A stretch of DNA of 64,000 bases, from the NCBI GenBank assembly GCA_963792175.1, contig CAWBVG010000034.1:85830-149829 (forward strand), written 5' to 3'. Position 1 is the first letter of the stretch. Each line of letters opens with the position of its first letter. The position numbers and the translations under genes were made by a program. This stretch comes from an uncultured Acidobacteriota bacterium. Lineage in GTDB: Bacteria; Acidobacteriota; Vicinamibacteria; Vicinamibacterales; CAVVIG01. This document shows positions 17,967-28,492 of the stretch, in pieces. The notes below the pieces were generated by a model. The model searched no databases. It had not been told where the DNA came from and was given only the letters and a program-made list of their open reading frames with translations.

Positions 17967-19302
17967 CGTGAACGGCGGCGATCTCGGCGGCCGCCCGGCG
18001 GCCGCTTTCGACCGCGCCGTTCATGTAGCCCTGCCACTTGATGCTGGTGTGCTCGCCGGCGAAGAACAACCGCCCGCACGGGCGCGCGAGCCACGCGCGC
18101 AGCGACGGGTCGAACGACGGGGCGAAATACGCGTACCCGCCGCGCGACAACGGTTCCTGCTCCCACACGATCTGACGCCACGCGCCGAGCTCCGCGCCGT
18201 CCGCCCCGAGCCACTCGAGCGCGCGCGCCAGTCCCTGCGGCCCTTCTTTCGCCACCATCGCCTGCGTGGCATCGCTGGCGCCGCCGCCGGCGAGCAGCGA
18301 CAGGATGCCCGGCGCGCCGCGTTGCTCCTCGTTGCCGTCCCAGACCGCGCCGAACGGGAGCGCCGATCCGAAGGCGCGCGCGCGCCCCGGTATCCGCCAG
18401 AAGCGCTTCGAGAACTGCAGCAGCGTTTTCGTCGCGCGGCCGTATTTCAGGTTGGCGATCGCGTCGTGCTGCTGCGCGGGCAGCGAGGGCATGAACGGAA
18501 TGCGCCGGAGCGTGGTGGCCGGCAGGGCGAACACGGCGTAGTCGCAGCCGATCTGCGACACGGCGCGGCCGTTCTTCACGCTGACCCGGACGTTCTGGCC
18601 GCGGTGCGACACGGCGACGACTTCCGTGTTCAGGTGGAGGCGATCGCCCAGCGGTGCCGCCAGCGCGGCGGCGAGGCGATCGTTGCCGCCGTCGATGCGA
18701 TACATCGACTGGAGCGTGGGTCCGTCGTCCGTGGCGAACTGATCGACGAGCGCGATGAGCGAGAGTTCCTCGGGGTCGGCCAGGAAGAACCCACGGAGGC
18801 CGGTGGCGGTGGCGCGCAGCTCGACGTCCGCGTTGATGCTGTCGAGCCAGGAGGCGACGGATTGGCGCGCGAGACGCGCGGCGATCGGCGAGTCCCACCG
18901 CTGTTCGCCCAGACGGTACGGGCGAGCCCAGTCGTCCAGGGCTTCTGCCAGCCGCGCCCACCCCCGCGACGCATCCCGCTCCACAATCTTCGCCTTGCCG
19001 GATCGATCGGCGCGGACGTACGAGAAGCCGCCGCGAAGGATGCGCGTCAACTTCAGGCCCAGCTCGCCCGCGAGCTCGCGGATCTCGTGCTGCGCCTCGT
19101 CGATCATGTCGCCGCCGGCTTCGGCGTGCTGCCGTTCGTCGAATCCGTCGCGGATGGTCCAGACCCGGCCGCCGACGCGGTCGCGCGCGTCGAAAACCGT
19201 CACGTCGGCGCCGAGCGCGGCGAGATCGTGCGCCGCTGAAAGCCCGGCCAGGCCGGCGCCCGCGACGACGACCGATGCCCCGCCAAGAGTTGTCGCACTC
19301 AC
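17959..19302 (-). CDS. Flavin monoamine oxidase family protein
   Basis: VVVAGAGLAGLSAA, ARDRVGGRV, EAGG, IDGGNDRL, LFFAGEHTS, GYMNGAVESGRRAA. Confidence 0.9.
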   Translation of the reverse strand: MSATTLGGASVVVAGAGLAGLSAAHDLAALGADVTVFDARDRVGGRVWTIRDGFDERQHAEAGGDMIDEAQHEIRELAGELGLKLTRILRGGFSYVRADRSGKAKIVERDASRGWARLAEALDDWARPYRLGEQRWDSPIAARLARQSVASWLDSINADVELRATATGLRGFFLADPEELSLIALVDQFATDDGPTLQSMYRIDGGNDRLAAALAAPLGDRLHLNTEVVAVSHRGQNVRVSVKNGRAVSQIGCDYAVFALPATTLRRIPFMPSLPAQQHDAIANLKYGRATKTLLQFSKRFWRIPGRARAFGSALPFGAVWDGNEEQRGAPGILSLLAGGGASDATQAMVAKEGPQGLARALEWLGADGAELGAWRQIVWEQEPLSRGGYAYFAPSFDPSLRAWLARPCGRLFFAGEHTSIKWQGYMNGAVESGRRAAAEIAAVHAT

Positions 19303-19339
19303 GCACTCACTGTACTCCCAACGCCGTTCGCGTGGAGTG

Positions 19340-19394
19340 GCTCTCAGCGGTCGGCTCAGCTATCAGCTATCAGCTGTCGGCTTTCGGCGAGAGC
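19340..19394. repeat. Tandem heptamer array GCT(A/G/T)TC(A/G) between divergent promoters
   Basis: gctctca gcggtcg gctca gctatca gctatca gctgtcg gctttcg gcgagagc. Confidence 0.75.
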
Positions 19395-19410
19395 GCGGTA
19401 AACTTTGCGG

Positions 19411-20265
19411 ATGATTCCTCTGCTCCTGGCGCTGGCGGTTGGTTACGCGCACCCTGAACAGCTGGTGGAGACGGACTGGGTCGCGGCGCACGCCGGCGAC
19501 GCGAATGTCCGGGTCGTCGACATGCGATCCGCCGCGACCGCGTATCCCGCCGGCCACGTTCCCGGCGCGGTCTATCTTTCGCCGGTCGCGATCCGTGTCG
19601 CCGATCGGCCGCCGACGTTCCTGCCGACGCCGCAGGAGTTCGAGGCGCTGATGGCGAAACTGGGCATCGGCGACGCGACGCGCGTGGTCGTCTACGACGA
19701 ACGCGGCGGCATCTATGCCGCGCGCCTCTGGTGGATTCTGAATTACTTCGGTCATCCGAACGTCGCGCTGATGAACGGCGGCTGGGTGAAATGGACGGCG
19801 GAGCAGCGGGCGGCGGAGCAGGCCGCGCCGGTGCCGGCGGCCGCGCGCTTCACGGCGCGGCCTCAGCCGCGATGGGTTGCGACGGCGGCCGACGTCGTGG
19901 GCGCCATCGACAAGCCGGGCGTGAAGATTGTGGACGCCCGAACGGCCGCGGAGATCGAGGGCAAGGATTTGCGCGGCATCAAGCGCGGCGGCTTCGTCGC
20001 GTCCTCGGTACCGGTGTACTGGGAAGACCTTCTCGATGCGCAGAAGCGAACGTTCAAGCCGGCTGACGAGTTGAAGCAAATCTACGAAGGTCGCGGCATC
20101 CTGGCGTCACACGAGGTCATCGCCTATTGCCAGGTCGGCATGCGCGCATCGGTCGACCTCTTCGCGCTGCACCTGATCGGCTACGACAAGCTTCGCAACT
20201 ACTACGGCGCATGGGAAGAGTGGGGCAATCGCGACGATCTCCCCATCGCGACTCAAAAGCAGTAG
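19411..20265 (+). CDS. Two-domain rhodanese / sulfurtransferase (SseA-like) with signal-like N-terminus
   Basis: YPAGHVPGAV, VVVYD, AARLWWIL, MNGGW, IVDAR, IAYCQVGMRAS, YYGAWEEW; TAAACT-N6-ATG. Confidence 0.92.
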   Translation: MIPLLLALAVGYAHPEQLVETDWVAAHAGDANVRVVDMRSAATAYPAGHVPGAVYLSPVAIRVADRPPTFLPTPQEFEALMAKLGIGDATRVVVYDERGGIYAARLWWILNYFGHPNVALMNGGWVKWTAEQRAAEQAAPVPAAARFTARPQPRWVATAADVVGAIDKPGVKIVDARTAAEIEGKDLRGIKRGGFVASSVPVYWEDLLDAQKRTFKPADELKQIYEGRGILASHEVIAYCQVGMRASVDLFALHLIGYDKLRNYYGAWEEWGNRDDLPIATQKQ

Positions 20266-20369
20266 GGGCTGGGGGCTAGGGGCTAGCTGTCAGGAGCCGA
20301 GGTCGGGCTGGGCTGGAGCTAGCTGCACCAGATGGAGTCTATCAGCTAGCCCCTAGCCCCGAGCCCCTA
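20263..20369. repeat. 27-bp inverted repeat built from TAGGGGC heptamers; likely bidirectional terminator-like hairpin
   Basis: 20263-20289 taggggctgggggctaggggctagctg vs reverse complement of 20343-20369, one mismatch. Confidence 0.9.
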
Positions 20370-21865
20370 CGGGGGACAGAGATACACGCCTTCCACGACC
20401 GGCTTGACGTCCCCACAAGGCCGGCGTGAAATGACGACCGCCTCGCCGAGGTGCTGGTTCACCACGCGCTCGTATTCGAGGATGCGCGGGAAGTCGTTCG
20501 CCATCACGACAATCTGTTCCTTCGTCACGAACGATATGTAGTACGCCATCCAATAGTCCGCGATCGCGTACTTGATGCCGCGCGCCTGCAAGTGACGTAC
20601 GAGGAGCAGCTTCGTGCCCGGCGGCGGGTGAGTCGCGTATTCGGCGTACAGCTTCGCGTGGCTCAGCGCGGACACGGACGCCCACGCCGCGACCAGCACG
20701 ATCCAGACTGTCCGCAGCCTCCGATCGCGTTCGATCGACAGAAACCACGCCCCCAGACCGATCGCCGCGAAAAGCGTCGGCAGCGCATACCGGACATGCC
20801 CCTGCGCGCCGCAGCGGGCGATGACGAACGCGGCCGCCCCGGTCAGGCCGACGGCTGTGAGGTAGGCCGGAAACCAGGTCTCCCGCGGCAGCTGTCTGTG
20901 CCGCGCCACCCACAGCGCGATGCGCACGGCCGCCAGGCCTATCGCGCCCGCGACCAGCACCCACGCGAACGGCAGTCCCTCGGTGACGTTGCTATCGATG
21001 GCGAACTGCCAGAGCGGCTCGACCCGTGTGCCGAAGAGCTGCGTCATGTGGACGCTGAGCAGCCGCCAGACGCCACCGCCGACGGTGCCCTGGTCGAAGC
21101 AGATGCGGGTGAACAGCTCGAGGACGTTGTTGGCCGGAGCGCGGACGTCGGCGATCGACGTGCCCGGTCCCGCCGCCGATGAGTACTGCTTGGCGAGCGT
21201 GACCACGAGCCACACTTCCGCCGCGGCGCGCAGGCCGGCGAACGCCCGTCGCAGCGCCTCGCGGGTAAAGAGGTTTCCAGTGATTGCCGGCAATCAGCGC
21301 GAGGCTCAGCAGCGAGTACAGGGTGAATTCCCGTTGCATGAACCCGACCGCGAAGATGGCGCCGCACCAGGCGGGGTGTGCGCGCGTCAGCCAGATCAGA
21401 AGCGTGTAGAGAAACGGCTCGATGTTGACGCCGCTCGCCTCCACGAGCATCGCAGCGGTCCCCGGCGGCGCCGCGATGAAGAACAGCGACGCGACACCGG
21501 CGAGCACCGGCGTCAAGCCGCGCGTCGCGCTCCAGCGTGCGCAGCAGCAGGAACGCGATGACGAGGTTGACGACGAGCAGCGGCAGCTTCAGCGCGGCGA
21601 CCGAGACGCCGAACACCGTGAACGACAGCGCGGCCATCCAGGCCTCGACGGCGAGGATGTAGTTCTGGCCGTAGAGGAACAGCGGGAAGGCGCGCAACTC
21701 GCTGAGGTGTTTGCCCATCAGCCCGATCACGGCCTGATCGGAATCGAAGTACGACTGGTCGCGGAACAGGAAGATTGCCGATCGGGCGAGGATGGCGACC
21801 GCGGCCAGCGTCATCACGATGACGCGCTGCCGCGACCACGTCCGCTCGGCGGAGGCGGCCGTCAC
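20367..21865 (-). CDS. GT-C-like polytopic membrane protein; frameshifts near 21515 and 21280
   Basis: YFDSDQAVIGLMGKH, FPLFLYGQNYILAVEAW, RYALP, AIADYWMAY; three overlapping ORF fragments join into one protein. Confidence 0.65.
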
Positions 21866-21869
21866 GCGC

Positions 21870-22144
21870 TAGGAGCCTGTCCGAGTAATCGCATGGGTCG
21901 CGCGCATGGGGCTTGCGAGGCGAGAATCGAGGCGCGAGGAGGAGGCGATGCGGCACATCGGCGACGACGAGCAACGACGAGCTCGCCCGCAACCCCCATG
22001 CGCCCTGCGGGTTCCGGCGGCGCGCCGGCATCTGCGGCGTTGCCGCTCCTCGACAATGTCCCGCATTGCCTGCGTCGCGGCGCCTTGCAGCTGCCGGTGC
22101 GGCGCTCGGAACGCGACCCATGCCATTACTCGGACAGGCTCCTA
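21870..22144. mobile_element. MITE, 275 bp, 33-bp terminal inverted repeats, TA at both ends
   Basis: Left TAGGAGCCTGTCCGAGTAATCGCATGGGTCGCG; right (rc) TAGGAGCCTGTCCGAGTAATGGCATGGGTCGCG; no transposase inside. Confidence 0.9.
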
Positions 22145-22209
22145 ATGCAGCTTCTGGTAGGTGGCGATCGCGCACACCTGTCTCATGAGATTGTCCAAGA
22201 GTCCGTATC

Positions 22210-22749
22210 TTAACGGATGGTCCACAGATAGATCATCAGGCCATTCACGTCCTGCGATTGTTCCGGCGGCCACTCGTCGCCCATGTCGAACTTGTGGGAC
22301 ACGATGCGCGTCCCGCGCGCCAGCTCGCGCCGGAACTTCGGGATCAGCTGCAGATTGAGCTTCGGCAGCAAGAAGATGGTGACGACGGTGGCCTCGTGGA
22401 TGTCGGCCTGGAACAGATCCTCGTTCAGAAACGTCACGCGGTCGCCGACGCCGGCCTTGACCATGTCGTCCCGCGCCACCCGCAGGTGGAACGGGTCGAT
22501 CTCGATGCCGACGCCGCGGGCGCCGAACAGCTTCGCGGCCGTAATCGGGATCCGGCCGTCCCCGGAGCCGAGGTCGTAGACGACGTCCGCCGGCGTGACC
22601 TTCGCGAGCGCCAGCATCGCCTCGACGACGTTCTGCGGTGTCCCGACGAACTTGACGTCGGGCGGCCGCAGCCGCGTGATCTGCAGCGGGCCAGGACTGG
22701 ACCGCACAAACCGATGGCACGAAGACGCGAGCCCCGAATCGATTCGCAT
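22210..22749 (-). CDS. Class I SAM-dependent methyltransferase
   Basis: PDVKFVGTPQNVVEAML, VYDLGSGDGRI, GVGIEID, GTRIVSHKF; start uncertain. Confidence 0.88.
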   Translation of the reverse strand: MRIDSGLASSCHRFVRSSPGPLQITRLRPPDVKFVGTPQNVVEAMLALAKVTPADVVYDLGSGDGRIPITAAKLFGARGVGIEIDPFHLRVARDDMVKAGVGDRVTFLNEDLFQADIHEATVVTIFLLPKLNLQLIPKFRRELARGTRIVSHKFDMGDEWPPEQSQDVNGLMIYLWTIR

Positions 22750-22764
22750 CTGTGTTCCCGTGCG

Positions 22765-25397
22765 TCACTCGTATCGTAGCGCGACGACCGGATCGACACG
22801 CACGGCGCGCCGCGCGGGCACGTAGCTGGCGGCGAGCCCCGCCGCGGCCAGAAGGGCAGCGACGCCCAGATACGCCACGGGATCGAACGGGCTGAGCCCG
22901 TGCAGCCGGCTGCGCAGGACGACGGACGAGGCCACGGCCCCGAACAGCCCGGCGACCAGGCCGGCCGCGACCGCTCGCGAGTGTCCGGCGAGCACCAATC
23001 GAACCACCGCGGACGGCTGCGCGCCGAGCGCCATGCGGATGCCGATCTCCCGCGTTCGCTGCCGCACCGCGTACGCGAAAACGCCGAACATGCCGACCGT
23101 TGCCAGCGCCAGCGCGAACCCGCCGAGCACGGCGCCGAGCATCGGCCCCCATTTCGATTCCGCAACGCGAGCTTCGAGGTGCGCCGACAATGGCGTCGTC
23201 TGGATGCGGACTCGAGGGTCGATGCGTGCGACGATCCGCTTCAGTTCCACCGAGGGCACGCCGTGGCGGCTACGAATCACGAGCCTGGGTACCACGCGGC
23301 CCAGGCGGAGCGGCTGATAGAAGAGCGGCGGCACACGGTCCATCGAATGCGTGTGCGCATCGCGCATGACGCCGACGACCTCGCGGCTGTCCGCGCGCCC
23401 AATCAGAAACGTCTTGCCGACGGGATTCTCGTTCGGCCAGAACTGCCGCGCCATCGTCTCGTTGATGACCGCCACAGGTCGCCCGTCGAGGACGCCTCGA
23501 AGTTGCGGCCGGCCACGATCGGAATGCGCAGCACGTTGAGATAGTCGGGCGACACGTCGACGCTCGTGATCATCTTCGCTTGCGCCGGCGTCTGATCCGG
23601 CAGGTGAATGGGTGTCTGGTAGCCGCGCCGAATGAAAATCGGCTCCCACGTCGCGAATCCGAACGCGTCGATGGCATCGGCCGGCGAGCCCGCGCAGCGC
23701 GTCGGTGAGATCCGCGAAAAACGCACGCTTTCGCGCATCGTCGTACGTGCCCGGTGGCAGCTCGAACGACACGGCGGTGACGTCGTTGACGGCAAAGCCG
23801 GGATCAAAGGCCCCCGCCCGCTGCGCGCCGCGCATCAGAAGGCCGGCGCTGACGAGAAGGACGACGCTGAGGGCGACCTGCACCGCGAGCAGCAGTCCGC
23901 GCAGCGGGAACTTCGATGCGGGCAGTCCTTCGCGTTCGTTCAGCGCGGTGGCGACGTCGGTGCGCGTGGCAAACAAGGCGGGTGCGAGCCCGAACATGGC
24001 GGCCGACACGCCGGCGAGCAGCAGGGCATAGCCGAGTACCACGCCGTCGACCGTGACTCGGAACGGAAACGCAGCGGTCGCTCCGCCAAGAAAATGGAGG
24101 AGGACGAAGGGCAGCTGGTAGGCGATGCCGATGCCGATGGCGCTTCCGCTGAGCGCGAGCACGAACCCTTCGGTGAGCAACTGCCGAATCAGACGCCGGC
24201 GGCTCGCACCGAGCGACAGGCGGATGCCGATCTCTTTGACGCGCGCCGCGGCGCGGGCGAGCAGCAGATTGCCGATGTTCGCGCACGCCACCAGCCACAC
24301 GAGCAGCAATCCCGCGGAAATGGCCGACGCCGCGGCCAACGGCCCGACCGAATCGGACCGGCCTGGGCGCGAGGCGAATGCGGTCCCGGTCACGATGACG
24401 CCGCGTGGCCTCATGCCGTCGGGCAGCACGAACTCGCGGCTCAAGAGGTCGAGTTCGGCGCGAGCCTGTTCGCGCGTGGCGCCGGCCGCCAACCGTCCGG
24501 CGACATCGACGCAGCAGGTGATCGGTGGATCGTGCGGCTTCAACTGCGACGCCGCGGTCATGGGGAGAAACAGCTGCTTGCCGTAGCGCGGGCTCCGCGC
24601 TCGAGAAGTCGCGGGACGCGACGCCGACGATCGTGAACGGCACCTCGTTGACGCGAACGTTGGCGCCGATGACGGCCGGGTCGCCGCCAAAGTGACTCTG
24701 CCAGTAGTCGTACGCCAGCACCGCGACGGGTCGCGCGCGTCCAGGTCGATCGTCGTCCGGGCCGAAGCCGCGTCCCGGCGCGACGCCGATTCCCAACACG
24801 TCGAAGAAGTTTCCGGTGACGAGGAGCGCCTCCGTGGATCGCGCGCTGTCGCCGGTTCCGACCAGCACCTCTTCGGCACGTGTCGCGACGACGCCGCTCA
24901 GCGATCGTCGCCCGCTCGGCAACCGTGCGGTAGGCCGACAGCGGAAGTCCGCCGGCGAACCCGGCGCTTCGGCCGGCGGGGCCGAGCAGATACACGGCGA
25001 CGACGCGATGGGCATCCTGCACGCCGGGCCACGGCCGCAGCACGACACCCGCGATCACGGTGACCAGCGTCGTGTGCAGTCCGATGACGGTTGCGAGCAC
25101 CGCGATCACGACGGCGGTGAAGCCCGGCTGCCGGCGGAGGTTCCGCATCGCGTACGCGGCGTCCTGCCAGATGCTTTCCAGCCACGGCCAGATCCAGACG
25201 CCGCGCGAGTCTTCGCGCGCCAGCGTCGTGTTTCCGAGCAGGCGCCGCGCCGCTCGGTCGGCGGTCGCGGTGCCCATGCCGCGCTGTTCGAGATCCCGCT
25301 GCGCCATCGCGCGATGGAACTCGATCTCTTCGGCGAGATCGCGCTCGAACTGCCGCTGACGGATGACGTACCACACACGACGAAGCAGATCTCGCAT
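22765..25397 (-). CDS. ABC transporter permease, acidobacterial duplicated orphan permease (ADOP)-type; several frameshifts
   Basis: ERDLAEEIEFH, WQDAAYAMRNLRRQPGFT, ACANIGNLLLAR, EIGIRLSLGASRRRLIRQLLTE, RTREIGIRMALGA, PARRAVRVDPVVALRYE. Confidence 0.9.
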
Positions 25398-25405
25398 GCG
25401 GACCT

Positions 25406-25750
25406 CTAGGCGGGATTGAGGACCTTGTGAATCGCGACGATCAGCCGGTCGAATTCCCGGCGTTCGACCGCCAGCTGTTTCCTGCCGGCCGCGGTCAGCG
25501 TGTAGAACCTGGCGCGGCGGTTGTTCTCGGACGCGCCCCAGGTGCCTTTGACCCAGCCTTTGAGCAGCAGTCGTTGCAGCGCCGGATAGAGCGAGCTTTC
25601 GCCGACCTGGAGCACCTCGTCGGATACGGATTTGAGGTGCTGGGCAATCCCGTAGCCGTGCATGGGATCGCCGCCGGCGAGGGTTTTGAGGATCAGCAGC
25701 TCCAGCGTGCCGGGCAGCAGATCAGGTACATACGACACGGCCTCTCCCAT
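25406..25750 (-). CDS. PadR family transcriptional regulator (acidobacterial type)
   Basis: LLPGTLELLILKTL, MHGYGIA, SLYPALQRL, SENNRRARFYTLTAAGRKQL; directly upstream of ADOP permease. Confidence 0.95.
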   Translation of the reverse strand: MGEAVSYVPDLLPGTLELLILKTLAGGDPMHGYGIAQHLKSVSDEVLQVGESSLYPALQRLLLKGWVKGTWGASENNRRARFYTLTAAGRKQLAVERREFDRLIVAIHKVLNPA

Positions 25751-25796
25751 CGTCTGTCGATGGGAGAGGATGCGATACGTGGCGGCGGGTTGTCAA
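25741..25796 (-). promoter_or_regulatory. sigma70 promoter with putative PadR operator
   Basis: TTGACA (25796-25791), 18 nt, CATCCT (25772-25767); perfect 12-bp inverted repeat CCTCTCCCATCG-N5-CGATGGGAGAGG at 25741-25769. Confidence 0.75.
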
Positions 25797-25818
25797 GGCT
25801 AGCAGCCTGTGGGGTGTG

Positions 25819-26823
25819 TTATCGGCCGAGCGTTCGCAGAAGCCGGTCGTGCGCGGTCTGCAGCGCGTCGGCGGCCGGCACTTTGAGGTCCGGCGTGACG
25901 CCGGCGCCTTCCCAGTTGCCGCCGCCGATGGCGCTCTTGATCCGCCCGTTCGGGACGTTGACGCGGAACCGGTCGTTCACCGGATAGGTTGTGCCTGGAT
26001 TCGCGGCGCCTGCCGTGACCTCGCCGACGATCTCGGCCCGATGACGCTCCTGCAGCAGAAAGGCGAGTCCCTCGCCGCCGGAGAACGTCTGCGCCGAGGT
26101 CAGGACCGCGATCGGCCGCTTGCCGTCGCGCTCGGCTGGCAGCGTCGCGTCGAGTGCGTAGCGGTCCGGCGGTTCCGGTGGACGATGGACGATCTCGAAC
26201 AGCGTCGCGCCGGGCGCATCGATCAGATAGCCCAGCAGAAACACGACCGTGCCCGGCGATCCGCCGCCGTTGCGGCGCATGTCGATGATGAGCGCGTCCG
26301 CCTTGCTGAGCAGACGCATCGCCGATCGCGATCGTGTCGCGCGCTTCTTCGGGACGGAAGAAGTTCGACAGGTCCAGGTAGCCGACGTTGCCGCGCAGGA
26401 TCTCGACTCGCCGCACGCCGGCGTTCGAGCGGCGCACGGACTCGGCACGCGCCGCCTTCGCGTCCGTGGCCGAATCCCGATGTCGGCTGCACCGGCGGCG
26501 CCGCCGGGACGACCTCGACCCAGATATGTTTGTCGTGGGTCACGTCTCGAAGGTCGCGGTTCAGCAGCGGCGACCAGCGCTTCGGGCGTTGACGCCGCGG
26601 CGTATCGGCCCTCCGCAATCCCGCGCTGAAGCGCCGCATCGGCTTTCGCGGCGACATCGACGTCGATGTATTCGCGCTTCAGGACCTCGCCGAGCGCGCG
26701 CACCGTTGCCGGCGTGTCCTGAGCAGCCGCGACACTCGGTCCAGCCGCCAGAAGCGCCGACAGGAGCCACAGCACACGGCTCTTCACGAAGAGAAAGAAT
26801 TCTTTCGTGGTCTTCGTGCTCAT
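25819..26823 (-). CDS. S41 family peptidase (IRBP-like); frameshifted
   Basis: GNVGYLDL, ALIIDMRRNGGGSP, VLTSAQTFSGGEGLAF, IVGEVTAGAANP, WEGAGVTPD. Confidence 0.85.
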   Translation of the reverse strand: MSTKTTKEFFLFVKSRVLWLLSALLAAGPSVAAAQDTPATVRALGEVLKREYIDVDVAAKADAALQRGIAEGRYAAASTPEALVAAAEPRPSRRDPRQTYLGRGRPGGAAGAADIGIRPRTRRRRVPSPCAARTPACGESRSCAATSATWTCRTSSVPKKRATRSRSAMRLLSKADALIIDMRRNGGGSPGTVVFLLGYLIDAPGATLFEIVHRPPEPPDRYALDATLPAERDGKRPIAVLTSAQTFSGGEGLAFLLQERHRAEIVGEVTAGAANPGTTYPVNDRFRVNVPNGRIKSAIGGGNWEGAGVTPDLKVPAADALQTAHDRLLRTLGR

Positions 26824-26837
26824 CGTGACTTCGTGAA
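26783..26837. repeat. Nonamer array (CACGAAG / CTTCGTG type) with inverted ends
   Basis: ttcacgaag ... tttcgtggt cttcgtgct catcgtga cttcgtgaa. Confidence 0.7.
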
Positions 26838-26853
26838 AAGCCGTTTCCCTGCG

Positions 26854-28454
26854 CTAGTGGGTCCCGCCTTTTGCAAACCGCTTGAAGAAGCTCGAGTCGT
26901 TCCACGTCGGCCGGTCCGGCCGATTCGCGACGCGCACGGCCAGATTGCCCACGACCTGCACGTAGGTGCCGGCCGCGCCGAGATCGATCGGCTTGCTTCA
27001 GGTCGTCAGACGGCGCGTGGTAGCGCTCCGCCGTCCATTTCCTGGCGATCTCGGCCTGCGGCGTGTTCTCCTCGTAGCCGACCTTCATCGCCAGCGCCGG
27101 GATCCCCGCCCGGATGAAGCTGTACTGATCGCTGCGGACGAAGCGATTGCGCTGAGGTTCCGGATCGGCCTGCACGCCGAGGCCGAGCTCCTTGGCCGTG
27201 GCGCGGATGTCACGGCCCAGATCCGATTCGTCGAGCCCGAGCACCATCAGCGTCTTCAGCGGAAAGAGCGGCAGGAACATGTCCGTGTTGATGTTGGCGA
27301 CAATGCTCGCCGCCGGCACCGTGGGATGCGCGGCGAAGTACCGCGATCCGAGGAGGCCGTTCTCTTCGCTCGTGACGGCGACGAACAGGATCGATCGCGC
27401 CGGCTTCACGCCCGACTCGTGCAGCGTGTGCGCCACTTCCAGGATGGCCGCGATTCCCGACGCGTTGTCCATCGCTCCGTTGTAGATCCGGTCGCCGTTG
27501 ATCGGCTCGCCGACGCCGAGGTGATCGAGGTGCGCCGACACGGCGACGTACTCGTTGCGCCGCGTCGCGTCCGATCCGCGGAGGATGCCGGCGACATTCT
27601 GCGACTCCACGTCCGTGCGCTCGACCGCCGTCGTCGCCTTGAGTCGCCATGGGAGCGCGAACGCCGGCACCGGTTGGCCGGCGTCGACCAGCGCCAGGAG
27701 CTCTTTGAACGTATGGCCCGAGCCGGCGAGCAGCTTGTCCGCGTGCGCCGGATTCATCGTGATCGACAGCTGCTGGCCGGCGCCGTCCTGCAGCGACGGA
27801 TCGGCCAGCGCTTTCGCCGGATGCAGACGCGCCAGCGTCGAGCGCGCCCACGGGATGTCCATGCTCTTCGGGTTCGCGATGCTGATGGTGCCGACCGCGC
27901 CGGCTGCGCGATACATCTGCCAGCGCTCGGCCGCCGACCCGAAGTGCGCTTGCAGCGGACCGGGCAGCGACTTCGGCGTCGCCGAGATGTACACGACGAT
28001 CGCGCCCTTCAGATTCAGACCCGCGAAGTCGTTGATGTTGCGCTCGGGAATGTTCAGGCCGTAGCCGACGAACACCAGCGGAGCCTCGAGCGACGGCGCC
28101 GGGTCGACTCGCATGCTGATCGTGGCGTCCTCGCCAAGCGTCAGCGGCTCAGGCTTCGCGGCGCCCTCCGCTGGACGGGACGAGGGCGAGGCTCGACTTC
28201 TCCTCGAGGATGCGCCGCGACTTGAACTTGACCGGCTGGATATAGCCGTTGACGCCAGCCGGCTCGAGACCGGCCTTCTTGAATTCCGCCGCGACGAATT
28301 CCGCGGCGCGTTTGTGGCCGGGGCTGCCGGTGTCGCGTCCCTCCATGCCGTCGTTCGCGAGCGATTCGACGAACGACCACCAGCGCTTCGCGTCCGCATG
28401 AGCGCCCGCGCCCGCCAGCGTCACGACCACTGCCGCCATCAACACTCGACGCAT
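26854..28454 (-). CDS. M28 family metallopeptidase with PA domain; frameshifted
   Basis: Signal peptide, MEGRDTGSPG, LVFVGYG, SAHLDHLG, NGAMDNASG, SEENGLLGS, NINTDM, RSDQYSF, YHAPSDD. Confidence 0.9.
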
Positions 28455-28492
28455 GAGACTACCCTCCGCAGGGCGATAGAATAGCAGCCTCA

